Part shown: positions 52,414-61,087 of the stretch, in pieces
Layout of the letters: each line of letters begins with the position of its first letter
Numbering within the stretch: position 1 is the first letter of the stretch
From: a virus
Lineage: Duplodnaviria > Caudoviricetes
DNA: 64,000 nt
Strand: one strand, 5' to 3'
IMG/VR virus record: IMGVR_UViG_3300019373_000007
Coordinates: 1 to 64,000 of that record
The notes under the pieces: model-generated
Told to the model about the DNA's origin: nothing
Databases searched by the model: none
What the model saw: the letters and a program-made list of their open reading frames with translations, nothing else
Position numbers and translations under genes: made by a program

Positions 52414-53482
52414 TTCTGAGCTATCTGCCATCTCAGCTGAAGGAGAGCAATGGAGACAGATTGAAGATTTCTCTAGATACTGGATATCTGATTTAGGACG
52501 AGTTTATGACATTAAGTTGCATAAGATAGCTCGGACAGAAGTTGAATATGATGGATACATCTTAGTTAGTATGAGGAATGATAAGAACGAACCTAAAACT
52601 AAGAGAATTCATCGTCTTGTTGCCGAAGCATTTCTGCCTGATTGGAATCCTAACTGGCCCTGGACAGTTAATCACATAAATGGAAAGAAAGACGATAATA
52701 GTCTTGGCAATCTAGAGATGCTTACTACCAGCGACAACAGTAGGCACTACCAAACTGCAGAATGCTTTGCGGAATCTAGAAAATCTGTGCGTGCTGCTAC
52801 ATCTAAGAAGATGAAAGAAAAATGTAGCGACCCTAACTACGTTGCTGAGATGTCAAAGAGAATGAAAGCAGTATGGAGCGACCCAGCGAATCGAGAGATG
52901 TATGTACAGTGCCTCTATCAACGGCATTCTGACCTAAATGAGAGGAAACAGATTTCAGAGAGGATGAAAGAAGTGTGCTCAGATCCGAACTATCGAAAAG
53001 GAATGTCAGATCGTCAAAAGGAAAATTGGAATCGACCTGAGTATCGACAGGCAATAACATCTAAAAATCAAGACCGCATGTGGGTTCATGGCAGTCAGTC
53101 AGAGCGATGGATACATTCTCATGAGTTGGCTTCGTATTTGGAACAAGGCTACTTAGAAGGGAGATTGCCGAACACCATGAAACCGACTACAGCAGGCAAG
53201 ATAAGGATATCAAGGGGCAATGAGGGTAAGTTCGTCAATCCTTCTGAATTGGACAACTATCTCAGTTCTGGATGGAGATTGGGAAAATCAAAGAGACAGA
53301 TGGTACAATGTGTAGAGACGGGAGAGGTGTTCTCTAGCGTTGAAGAGTGTGTTTCTGCATTTGGTGCTACAGTAGATCTCATTCGAGCTCGATGCAAAGG
53401 GACAGCTACTACTTTCAGAAAGCTCAAGGAATTTACTTTCCGTTTCTATGAAGGCGAAGATCCATTCGCTGATATGCGATAA
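52406..53482 (+). CDS. NUMOD4-HNH homing endonuclease
   Basis: EQWRQI..YWISDLGRV, IHRLVA..F, VNHINGKKDDN..NLE, repeated helical motifs. Confidence 0.9.
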   Translation: MINSELSAISAEGEQWRQIEDFSRYWISDLGRVYDIKLHKIARTEVEYDGYILVSMRNDKNEPKTKRIHRLVAEAFLPDWNPNWPWTVNHINGKKDDNSLGNLEMLTTSDNSRHYQTAECFAESRKSVRAATSKKMKEKCSDPNYVAEMSKRMKAVWSDPANREMYVQCLYQRHSDLNERKQISERMKEVCSDPNYRKGMSDRQKENWNRPEYRQAITSKNQDRMWVHGSQSERWIHSHELASYLEQGYLEGRLPNTMKPTTAGKIRISRGNEGKFVNPSELDNYLSSGWRLGKSKRQMVQCVETGEVFSSVEECVSAFGATVDLIRARCKGTATTFRKLKEFTFRFYEGEDPFADMR

Positions 53483-53545
53483 TAATTAACTAATAACCGG
53501 GCGAGCAGGTTCATGCTCGCCTGTACACTATAAGGAGGTAGAAAT

Positions 53546-53983
53546 ATGTATACAGTGCAAACACGCGTCACATTTGAAGCAGCGCACCGCCTGTATGACG
53601 TAGATACGTATTCAAAAGAGTGCTCTGACTCTGTTCACGGGCATTCTTACGCAGTTACCATCGTTGTGGGTCGTGAGGATCTCAACGATGCAGGAATGGT
53701 GATTGACTTCAAGTTACTGAAGAAGGTAATCAAAGAAGTGATTGAAGACCAGTACGATCATTCACTCATCTTGCGAACATGCGATCCGCTACTAGCTGCA
53801 TTTGCTAAGTTAGCTCCAGAGCAGAAGATGAATGTTACTACTGAAAGCCCAACAGCAGAGTGGATGGCTGAGTCATTTGCAAGCTTATTGAGCTGTCGAT
53901 TCGCTTTGGAGGATGACGAGTTGCGTGTGCAGTCAGTTTCCGTTCAGGAAACGGAGAACAACATCGCCACATGGCGAGCATAA
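53546..53983 (+). CDS. queD: 6-carboxytetrahydropterin synthase
   Basis: FEAAHRL, C..VHGHSY, GMVIDF, DH, PTAE, ET. Confidence 0.93.
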   Translation: MYTVQTRVTFEAAHRLYDVDTYSKECSDSVHGHSYAVTIVVGREDLNDAGMVIDFKLLKKVIKEVIEDQYDHSLILRTCDPLLAAFAKLAPEQKMNVTTESPTAEWMAESFASLLSCRFALEDDELRVQSVSVQETENNIATWRA

Positions 53984-54001
53984 TTGAAAGGTGTATGTAG
54001 T

Positions 54002-54475
54002 ATGGTAAGCAAGAATGAAATCATGAAATTAGGTGTAGATCGCGCATTCGAGACGATGTCTCAGGGAATCGGAGGGCCATTCGGTGCAGTCATTGTGAAG
54101 GACGGAGAGGTCATCTCTGTAGCTTCTAATTCTGTGCTAGGTGATCATGACCCGACAGCTCACGCAGAGGTCAACGCTATTAGAGAAGCATGCAAGAAAT
54201 TAGGTACACATGACCTGACAGGATGTGAGATCTTTGCCTCAGGAGCCCCGTGTCCGATGTGTCAATCAGCCATCATCTGGGCAAACATCAAAAAGGTGTA
54301 TACTTCCGGAACAGTAACAGACGCTGCTGCTATCGGGTTCCGAGATGATTACATCTACAAGTTCATTGAAGGAGGATGCTTAGATTCTTCTGTATTAGAG
54401 ACGGAGCAGCTGGATCGGACACCTGCAGTGGAGTTATACACTGCTTATCATGAAATGAATAAAGAAATGTATTAA
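54002..54475 (+). CDS. Guanine/nucleoside deaminase (GuaD-like, CDA fold)
   Basis: GGPFGA, DPTAHAE, PCPMC, AIIWA, GFRD. Confidence 0.88.
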   Translation: MVSKNEIMKLGVDRAFETMSQGIGGPFGAVIVKDGEVISVASNSVLGDHDPTAHAEVNAIREACKKLGTHDLTGCEIFASGAPCPMCQSAIIWANIKKVYTSGTVTDAAAIGFRDDYIYKFIEGGCLDSSVLETEQLDRTPAVELYTAYHEMNKEMY

Positions 54476-54495
54476 GGAAGGAGAAGCAACATCGT

Positions 54496-54879
54496 ATGAA
54501 AGAATATGTTACGTGGGATGAAGTCAGAGATTTCATCTACGGAAAAGTAGCTCCGATGCATCTAGACGAGGCATTTACTGGAGTTTACGGCTTGCCTAGA
54601 GGAGGTTTGTGCTTAGCAGTAATGATATCTCATGCGCTTAACATTCCGATGCTAGCTGCACCAGCTCCGGGATGCTTGATTGTAGACGACATATGTGATT
54701 CCGGAGAATCTCTTGTGCACTATTACAAGAATTCTTCAGGTGAGCGTCAGAATTACCGTATCGCTACTCTTTACTACAAGGAGAACGCGCTTGGAGTAGT
54801 CCCTGACCTGTATGATTTCGTCAAACGTGATAACTGGGTTGTTTTTCCGTGGGAATGCGATCCAATTTCACTAATTTAA
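54496..54879 (+). CDS. Type I phosphoribosyltransferase (Gpt-like)
   Basis: PRGG, LIVDDICDSGES PRPP motif, WVVFPWE. Confidence 0.88.
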   Translation: MKEYVTWDEVRDFIYGKVAPMHLDEAFTGVYGLPRGGLCLAVMISHALNIPMLAAPAPGCLIVDDICDSGESLVHYYKNSSGERQNYRIATLYYKENALGVVPDLYDFVKRDNWVVFPWECDPISLI

Positions 54880-54889
54880 GGAGGATTCT

Positions 54890-55558
54890 ATGAAAATCAA
54901 CGAGATTTTTTGCTCGCTCAACGGAGAAAGCGCCAGAACAGGGAAGAGAACCGTCTTCGTTCGTACATTCGGATGTAATCTGCGCTGTAGCTACTGTGAT
55001 ACAATGTATGCAGTTGAGGGCAACGACTATACTGACATGACTATCGAGGAGATCAAGGAGAAAGTCGACAGTTTTCACTGTAATCGTGTTACCCTCACAG
55101 GAGGAGAGCCTATGATCCAGAAGGATATGATGGATCTCATCTACCTACTCGACGGGGATTGCTGCAGGCTCTACGACATAGAGATAGAAACTAACGGCGC
55201 AGTTGATTTGACTGAGCTTGTTAAAGCTAGAAGGGATAGGGAGATCAGCGATTCACTCCTCATCACTATGGACTGGAAATGCCCTACAAGCGGAATGTTA
55301 GATGAGATGGTTGAGAATAACTTGTCTCTGCTATCTGACACAGACGTAGTGAAATATGTTGTTGGATCCATAGCTGACTTAGACGAAGCAATGCGAGTGC
55401 ATTCACTTACTCGAGCTCAACTCTACTTGAGCCCTGTATTCGGCAAGATTGAGCCAAAAGAAATCGCAGAGTACTTAGTAAAGGGTGAAATCAACGACGT
55501 TACACTACAAATCCAGCAGCATAAGGTGATTTATCCGCCAGACATGAGAGGGGTATAA
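54890..55558 (+). CDS. queE: 7-carboxy-7-deazaguanine synthase (radical SAM)
   Basis: [32 protein letters not shown]. Confidence 0.95.
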   Translation: MKINEIFCSLNGESARTGKRTVFVRTFGCNLRCSYCDTMYAVEGNDYTDMTIEEIKEKVDSFHCNRVTLTGGEPMIQKDMMDLIYLLDGDCCRLYDIEIETNGAVDLTELVKARRDREISDSLLITMDWKCPTSGMLDEMVENNLSLLSDTDVVKYVVGSIADLDEAMRVHSLTRAQLYLSPVFGKIEPKEIAEYLVKGEINDVTLQIQQHKVIYPPDMRGV

Positions 55559-55563
55559 GAACT

Positions 55564-56148
55564 ATGGGATACAAGAAAATAGATACAGATAAGATTGAAC
55601 AGTTGACACGCGAATTCCTGATTGCGTTAGGGGATGACCCGGATAGAGAAGGATTGAAGAAAACTCCTCACCGCGTTGCGAAGATGTGCAATGAGATCTT
55701 TGAGGGAATGACTTATACAAACGCAGAAATTGGCACTATGTTCAATACTTGCTTCGAAGATGTAGAGACTGGCGACCTAGTAGTAGAGAGCAACATTCCG
55801 ATACATTCATTTTGTGAACATCATCTCATGCTCATGTACGATATGTCTGTAGCTATCGGATACCTGCCTAAGGGACGTGTAATCGGTCTCAGCAAGCTAG
55901 CTAGGATTGCTGATATGGTAGGCAAGCGCCTTCAACTACAGGAACGCATTGGATCCGACATTGCTGATATCTTACAAGACGTCCTAGGCACTGATGACAT
56001 CATTGTAGTTATCGAAGGCAAACATGGATGCATGACAGCACGTGGAATCAAAGCTAGAGAAGCAGTTACTAGAACAGCTACTTTGCGTGGCAAGTTCAAG
56101 TATGATTCTGACCTTCGTTCTGAATTCTACTCACTGATTGAGAATTAG
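55564..56148 (+). CDS. folE: GTP cyclohydrolase I
   Basis: TPHRVA, SFCEHH, GLSKLAR, LQLQER, HGCM..RG. Confidence 0.96.
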   Translation: MGYKKIDTDKIEQLTREFLIALGDDPDREGLKKTPHRVAKMCNEIFEGMTYTNAEIGTMFNTCFEDVETGDLVVESNIPIHSFCEHHLMLMYDMSVAIGYLPKGRVIGLSKLARIADMVGKRLQLQERIGSDIADILQDVLGTDDIIVVIEGKHGCMTARGIKAREAVTRTATLRGKFKYDSDLRSEFYSLIEN

Positions 56149-56202
56149 CATCGCACCTTACATAACGTCAAGTGAAAACAAGCAACCCTGAGGAGGTTTA
56201 TT

Positions 56203-56496
56203 ATGAAGCGATACGTAAGAAGCTCATTCTTAGATGATGACGATGAATTTGATGATATCGACACATGGGACTACAGCAGAGAAGAAGTCGTTCCTGCAAT
56301 AATGAAAGCACTTGTAGTGAAGAAACCAATCGCAGATATCATCTACGAGTGGTATGATGCAGAAGATGCATGGGAAGACCATGAATCACTTGAGGATTTC
56401 ATTTCTTATCTTAAAGATGACATCTACGACATGGCTGATGCATGCGATGATGAAGCACTTCGTGATAAGGTACTTGTAGCCCTTGCAGGAAAGTAA
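56203..56496 (+). CDS. Small acidic protein with MKRYVRSS start
   Basis: Own ACCTT motif, RBS and terminator. Confidence 0.6.
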   Translation: MKRYVRSSFLDDDDEFDDIDTWDYSREEVVPAIMKALVVKKPIADIIYEWYDAEDAWEDHESLEDFISYLKDDIYDMADACDDEALRDKVLVALAGK

Positions 56497-56667
56497 ATCG
56501 TCATCGGAGCAACTAGCTTGACTACACACAAGTCTAATCCATCAAGGCCGCTGAATTTAGCGGCCTTTCTCTATGATCTACAACACCTTATATTTATTCA
56601 GAGATACCTAGCGAGCTAGTTTGCTAGGATGTAATAAATCAGACAGTAAAGAAAAGGAGAATAGATA

Positions 56668-57129
56668 ATGGGAAAACTTATTTATGACGGAGTCGTTTAC
56701 GCAGGCGGCGTTGTAGTAGATTCAGCACTCAGCACAACAAGTACCAACCCGGTGCAGAATAAAGTAGTAGCAGAAGCAGTTAATACGATAAATACACATT
56801 TATCTAATAAAGCGGATAAGGTTTGGACGATTGCAGGCGGTACCGGAACCGTTGGCGGAGCCGTAACTGTGCCGACAACTGGAGTTAGCGAACTTCTGAT
56901 TGCTGGTGCACTTAACATTAACGGACAGGCGGAAATAAGCGGTTCGGTAATCATTCCTATGCATTTTCTAGCACAAGATAGAAATTTCCGCATACAGCTT
57001 GGTTACCATTCGGAAATTGGACAAATGCAGGTTTCTTATATTAAGAACAATGGCGCATTCTATATCACTGATGAGTATTATTCCATCGGCACTATTGCCG
57101 CACGTGCTATGGTTGTGTACTATCGTTAA
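56668..57129 (+). CDS. Short fibre/receptor-binding-like protein 3 with variable C-terminus
   Basis: DSALSTTSTNPVQNKVV repeat; INTHLS at site A. Confidence 0.65.
   Translation: MGKLIYDGVVYAGGVVVDSALSTTSTNPVQNKVVAEAVNTINTHLSNKADKVWTIAGGTGTVGGAVTVPTTGVSELLIAGALNINGQAEISGSVIIPMHFLAQDRNFRIQLGYHSEIGQMQVSYIKNNGAFYITDEYYSIGTIAARAMVVYYR
56787..56804 (+). repeat. Recombination-like site A (GATAAA-TACACA-TTTATC)
   Basis: Identical 18 bp to 24508-24525. Confidence 0.78.
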
Positions 57130-57182
57130 TCAGTTAATCGCCCATATAGATAGAGATTTCCACGCCAGTTTGTACCGTATCA

Positions 57183-57200
57183 TCTAATTGTGTATTTTAC
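57183..57200 (-). repeat. Inverted site A (GTAAAA-TACACA-ATTAGA on minus strand)
   Basis: Same core; opens minus-strand frame NTQLDDTVQTGVEISIYMGD*. Confidence 0.6.
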
Positions 57201-57212
57201 CGACAGGCAGAA

Positions 57213-57252
57213 AGTAAATTAAAGGTAATCTTTATACAATTAAGTAATCTTG
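57213..57252 (+). repeat. Site B plus partial second copy
   Basis: Near-identical to nt 1-30; second GTAATC core at 57244. Confidence 0.72.
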
Positions 57253-57399
57253 CCTACAGGGCATCATTATTACATCTTTATCTTATATAGCTTTTCAATT
57301 AGATTAGGGGTGAGTGGCATCATTGAACCGCCCGCCCCTCTCTTTTAAATTATAGAGCTCCGAGCTGTCGTAGCTCTTGCATCGAATAGGAGAAACAGA

Positions 57400-58101
57400 A
57401 TGGAAGGATGGCAAGCTGCCCTTACAATACTAGGATCACTTCTCGGGTCAGGAGCGGCATTTGGATTCGCTCAATTTTGGATCACTCGAAAAGATGAGAA
57501 AGAAAAAGAAGCAAAGATAAATCGCGAAGAGGAGATCAAACAAGAGATGCGCGACCATCTCACAGAAGTCAATGCTCAATGGAAAGAGGACTACTGTGAT
57601 AAGAATAGAGAATCTATTGCAGCTCTTCACGACGCGGTAGTGAAGGGTCTGCAAGATCGTGAAGATGTAGGTCGGCAGCGATATGAGGAGCATCATCTCG
57701 CTATTGAGAAAATGGCTTTAGATCATCAGAAGGAATTCCTAGAGCTCAAGAAGGCAATTGATAAGCTTACTTCCAACGAATCTGCAATAACCGAAAGCAT
57801 CGCAGCGTTGACAGAGACACAGACAGCAATAGGTGCAAGTTTGGTCGGACAAGCACATGATCGTATCATGTATCTTTCAGATAGAATTTCAGAGCGTGGC
57901 GGCATAACTAACAAGGAAAAAGCAACCATCAAATCAATGTATGTTCCGTATCGTAAGTTAGGCGGCAACGGAGAAGTGCAGGAAGCAGTTGAGTACATCC
58001 TGACCTTAGAAACAATATCTGAGGATGAAGCACGTAATCGCGATCGAGAAATCAAGAGCAAAGAGCTTGTTGAAATACAGAAGCTCACCCAACCTAAATA
58101 G
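57400..58101 (+). CDS. Membrane-anchored coiled-coil holin-like protein
   Basis: N-terminal TM; HDRI...Y.PY..LGGNG motif. Confidence 0.6.
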   Translation: MEGWQAALTILGSLLGSGAAFGFAQFWITRKDEKEKEAKINREEEIKQEMRDHLTEVNAQWKEDYCDKNRESIAALHDAVVKGLQDREDVGRQRYEEHHLAIEKMALDHQKEFLELKKAIDKLTSNESAITESIAALTETQTAIGASLVGQAHDRIMYLSDRISERGGITNKEKATIKSMYVPYRKLGGNGEVQEAVEYILTLETISEDEARNRDREIKSKELVEIQKLTQPK

Positions 58102-58186
58102 AACAACTAGAAGAGATCGCAAACAGCGGTCTCATTACTATGTTCAAATCGTTATGTGATCATTCAGTTGTTGGGGAAGTAAACAA

Positions 58187-58243
58187 CCGCAGTTCGGTAA
58201 CCAACCCATTCCTGCGGATTATAAATCAAATACCAAAAGGAGG
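58187..58243 (+). promoter_or_regulatory. preQ1-I-like riboswitch
   Basis: CCGCAG-UUCG-GUAACC...UC-CUGCGG, A-rich tail, GGUA/UACC pairing next to RBS of the VUT transporter. Confidence 0.7.
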
Positions 58244-58253
58244 AAATCTAGAG

Positions 58254-58976
58254 ATGATTTCAAAGACCAAGAGTCTTGTAGCGGACTATAAACTGCTGCT
58301 TGATAGCGTTCCAGCGCTGGTTACTACTATTTTTTGTATTGGCTCATGCTGGATGAATATTGCAGCCGGCAAAGTTATATTCAATGCATTCAACGTTGCA
58401 ATTACTGGGGGATTTTTAGCCTCTTTCTTGCCGTTCTTGTGCTTAGACATGGTGTCAAAGCGATTCGGTGCACGAGCTGCTATTCTGCTAAACTTGTTAT
58501 CTGCTGCATGTAATACAGTATTCGTTTTAGGCCTTAGCCTTGTTGCAGCTATTCCTACCGAACAAGATTACACTTCGTTCAATACTGTTTTAGGCGGCGT
58601 TTGGTTCATTACATTGTCTAGCATTGTAGCATTTGTTCTTTCCGGTGTAGCTAATTCTCTTCTTAACTCAGCGATCGGAAAGCTCTTTAACAATAAAACA
58701 AGTGCCATTGAATTTGCTACTCGAAGTTTTGTTTCTACATTCGTAGGACAAGCATTGGATAATTTCATCTTCATTGCAGGTGTATATGTTATCTTCGCTC
58801 CTATCTTCTGGGGAATGGATCCATTGCCAATCAAGACTTGCTTAGGAACTGCTATTGTCGGCGGATTCTTCGAACTGCTTTGCGAAGTTGTCACCGCTCC
58901 GATTGGTTATCGAGTAGTTAAGAATTGGGAACGGGATGGAATAGGAAGAGATTACATAGAGAAGCATAAAGCATAG
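58254..58976 (+). CDS. Queuosine precursor transporter (VUT/YhhQ family)
   Basis: Multi-TM; N..A.K, D.VSKRFG..AA, RSFVST.VGQ..DN..F. Confidence 0.88.
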   Translation: MISKTKSLVADYKLLLDSVPALVTTIFCIGSCWMNIAAGKVIFNAFNVAITGGFLASFLPFLCLDMVSKRFGARAAILLNLLSAACNTVFVLGLSLVAAIPTEQDYTSFNTVLGGVWFITLSSIVAFVLSGVANSLLNSAIGKLFNNKTSAIEFATRSFVSTFVGQALDNFIFIAGVYVIFAPIFWGMDPLPIKTCLGTAIVGGFFELLCEVVTAPIGYRVVKNWERDGIGRDYIEKHKA

Positions 58977-59144
58977 CGTTAAAACAGCGGCCATGTTTTT
59001 GTCTATGCTAAGGACGCTCCGGAGGATACTGTAGAGTATGTTTACACATGCTACAAGCATTCTGGTAGATATAGAGAACTCGAGGCTAAATGGCTAGATA
59101 AGTTTAATTCTGCTCACAAGGATGACAGATTCTAAAGAAAGGGC

Positions 59145-59173
59145 TTGACGAATTCGCATCCACATCTTATAAT
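59145..59173 (+). promoter_or_regulatory. sigmaA-type promoter
   Basis: TTGACG-17 nt-TATAAT. Confidence 0.75.
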
Positions 59174-59178
59174 ATAGA

Positions 59179-59297
59179 TGCGAAGTCAACTTACAATTGA
59201 ATTAAGAATACTAGCACACTAGTGCTTGTAGATAGTAAAACTGCTGATCTTTCATAGGTTGACTTCGCAAAAGAAACCAGATCGGCAGTTTTATTTT
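59179..59297 (+). ncRNA. Structured leader RNA B (same architecture as leader A)
   Basis: 59179-59193 pairs 59255-59269; 59237-59250 pairs 59279-59292; T-rich tail. Confidence 0.65.
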
Positions 59298-59311
59298 ATA
59301 TGAAATTACAT

Positions 59312-60696
59312 CAGAAAACCAAGAAACTTTAGTTTCTTGGATGAATGATGCAGATTTAAGAAAGGAGGTGAAATAGAAAGATGGCTACATACTGTGTACA
59401 AAGCAATGTGATTCGAGGTCTTACAAAAGAACAATACTCCCTGCTTCGAGAAATGTGTCAATATTCAAACAACTTGTATAATGTTGCTCTCTATAATATT
59501 CGACAACATTACTTTAACACAAAGCAGTTTTTGACCTATGAAAGTAATTATCACGAATGTAAGACTAATGAAAACTATGCTTTGTTGCAGGCAGGAGTAT
59601 CTCAACAGATAATGAAAGTTGTAGACAGAAGTTTCAAATCTTTCTTTAATCTGATTAAGAAGTGCAAACTCGGAGATTATAGATACCACGATGTCAACAT
59701 TCCGCATTATCGAAAGAAAGGTGGATTGTTTGGACTAATTCTTTCTACTAATTCAATTGCTATCCGCAACGGCAAGTTTATGATTCCAATGAGCCGTACT
59801 TTTCGTGCTTTACACCCTGATATCAAAGACTTTGAAGTTACGTTTCCAGGACGATTAAAGAACAAGACTATTAAAGAAGTTAGGATTCTTCCGTACAACG
59901 ACGGAAGGTACTTTAAGATTCAATATGTGTATGAAGTAGAACAGGAATCTACAAATCTTGATAGAAATAACATGCTATCAATAGACCTCGGCATAGATAA
60001 TTTAGCAACTTGTGTTTCAACTATCGGGACACCGTTCATAATAGACGGACGTAAACTTAAATCAATCAACCACCGATGGAATAAAGAAATCGCAAGACTT
60101 CGTTCAATATCTATGAAACAAGGTCTTAAGACTACTGCTTGTATTCAAAGAATTACAACAAAAAGAAATAATCAAGTCAACGACTCTATCAAGAAGTCAG
60201 CAAGATATGTCGTTAACTATTGCATCAATAACAACATTGGAACTTTGATTGTTGGATACAATGCAGATTTCAAGAGGAACTCCAATCTTGGTAAAACAAA
60301 TAATCAGAATTTTGTTCAGATACCTTTAGGTGATTTGCGCCAACAGTTAGAGTTCTTGTGCTGGAAATATTCTGTTGAGTACATTGAACAAGAAGAAGCA
60401 TACACATCAAAAAGCAGTTTTCTTGACAACGATGAACTTCCCGAATACAAAGCGGAACAGCCTTACCAAGGGACATTCAGCGGAAAGCGCATAAAGAGAG
60501 GACTATATCAATCAAAAAATGGCACAATCCTCAATGCAGATGTAAATGGTGCTGCAAACATACTAAGAAAATGTAAGCAGAATGTCGATTTCGACAAACT
60601 GTGTAAGGGACTTTTGGCGAGTCCAGTAAGAATAAGGATATCTTAGATATCAAACTTCTTACGAATCCCATTGGCTTTAGCCGATGGGTACGTCAA
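59312..60696 (+). mobile_element. IS200/IS605-family element, TnpB only
   Basis: Left hairpin CCAAGAAACT/AGTTTCTTGG, right hairpin CCCATTGGCT/AGCCGATGGG ending TCAA; no tnpA; left boundary approximate. Confidence 0.85.
59381..60646 (+). CDS. tnpB: RNA-guided endonuclease TnpB
   Basis: NLYN..LY, SIDLG.DNLA (RuvC I), EEAYTSK, NADVNGAANI (RuvC III). Confidence 0.92.
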   Translation: MATYCVQSNVIRGLTKEQYSLLREMCQYSNNLYNVALYNIRQHYFNTKQFLTYESNYHECKTNENYALLQAGVSQQIMKVVDRSFKSFFNLIKKCKLGDYRYHDVNIPHYRKKGGLFGLILSTNSIAIRNGKFMIPMSRTFRALHPDIKDFEVTFPGRLKNKTIKEVRILPYNDGRYFKIQYVYEVEQESTNLDRNNMLSIDLGIDNLATCVSTIGTPFIIDGRKLKSINHRWNKEIARLRSISMKQGLKTTACIQRITTKRNNQVNDSIKKSARYVVNYCINNNIGTLIVGYNADFKRNSNLGKTNNQNFVQIPLGDLRQQLEFLCWKYSVEYIEQEEAYTSKSSFLDNDELPEYKAEQPYQGTFSGKRIKRGLYQSKNGTILNADVNGAANILRKCKQNVDFDKLCKGLLASPVRIRIS

Positions 60697-60708
60697 TGGG
60701 AGGTAGCA

Positions 60709-61074
60709 ATGAAACGAGTAATCAATCAAGATGCTATTTTAGGAATGGCTAACTTGAATCCACGTAGAACTAACTTGCCTGTAATCATATGGGCAGATCA
60801 TAATGGAGTAGATCGTTCAGTATCGCATAGAAACAGCCCTCGAATCAAAATAAGTAAAGATGAGCATAGCGTCTCTGTTTCTATTGAAGAGCATCCTAGA
60901 ATCCTAGCTAGAACAAACGACATCCCTCAGAATGTCATGACGATGATTCAAGAAGGCATCGACTACGTTGCACGAAATTATGATATCTTTTTGAAGCATT
61001 ACTTAGACAATGATTTCTCTTTCGACGATGACGATCTGAAAGAGGCACTTCGTGAACGTGGCGACTACAAGTAA
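60709..61074 (+). CDS. DUF4160-like small protein
   Basis: MANL....T.LP..IW..H..PRIK motif; MKRVI extension. Confidence 0.45.
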   Translation: MKRVINQDAILGMANLNPRRTNLPVIIWADHNGVDRSVSHRNSPRIKISKDEHSVSVSIEEHPRILARTNDIPQNVMTMIQEGIDYVARNYDIFLKHYLDNDFSFDDDDLKEALRERGDYK

Positions 61075-61087
61075 GGGAGGACAACAT

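Noticed and set aside
24203-57129. Diversity-generating retroelement acting on the fibre genes
   Set aside because: No reverse transcriptase and no template/variable repeat pair with adenine-specific differences; the C-termini are unrelated.
58983-59135. Start-less open frame SGHVFVYAKD...KDDRF*
   Set aside because: Probably a 3' gene remnant, but no start, RBS or recognisable family supports a call.
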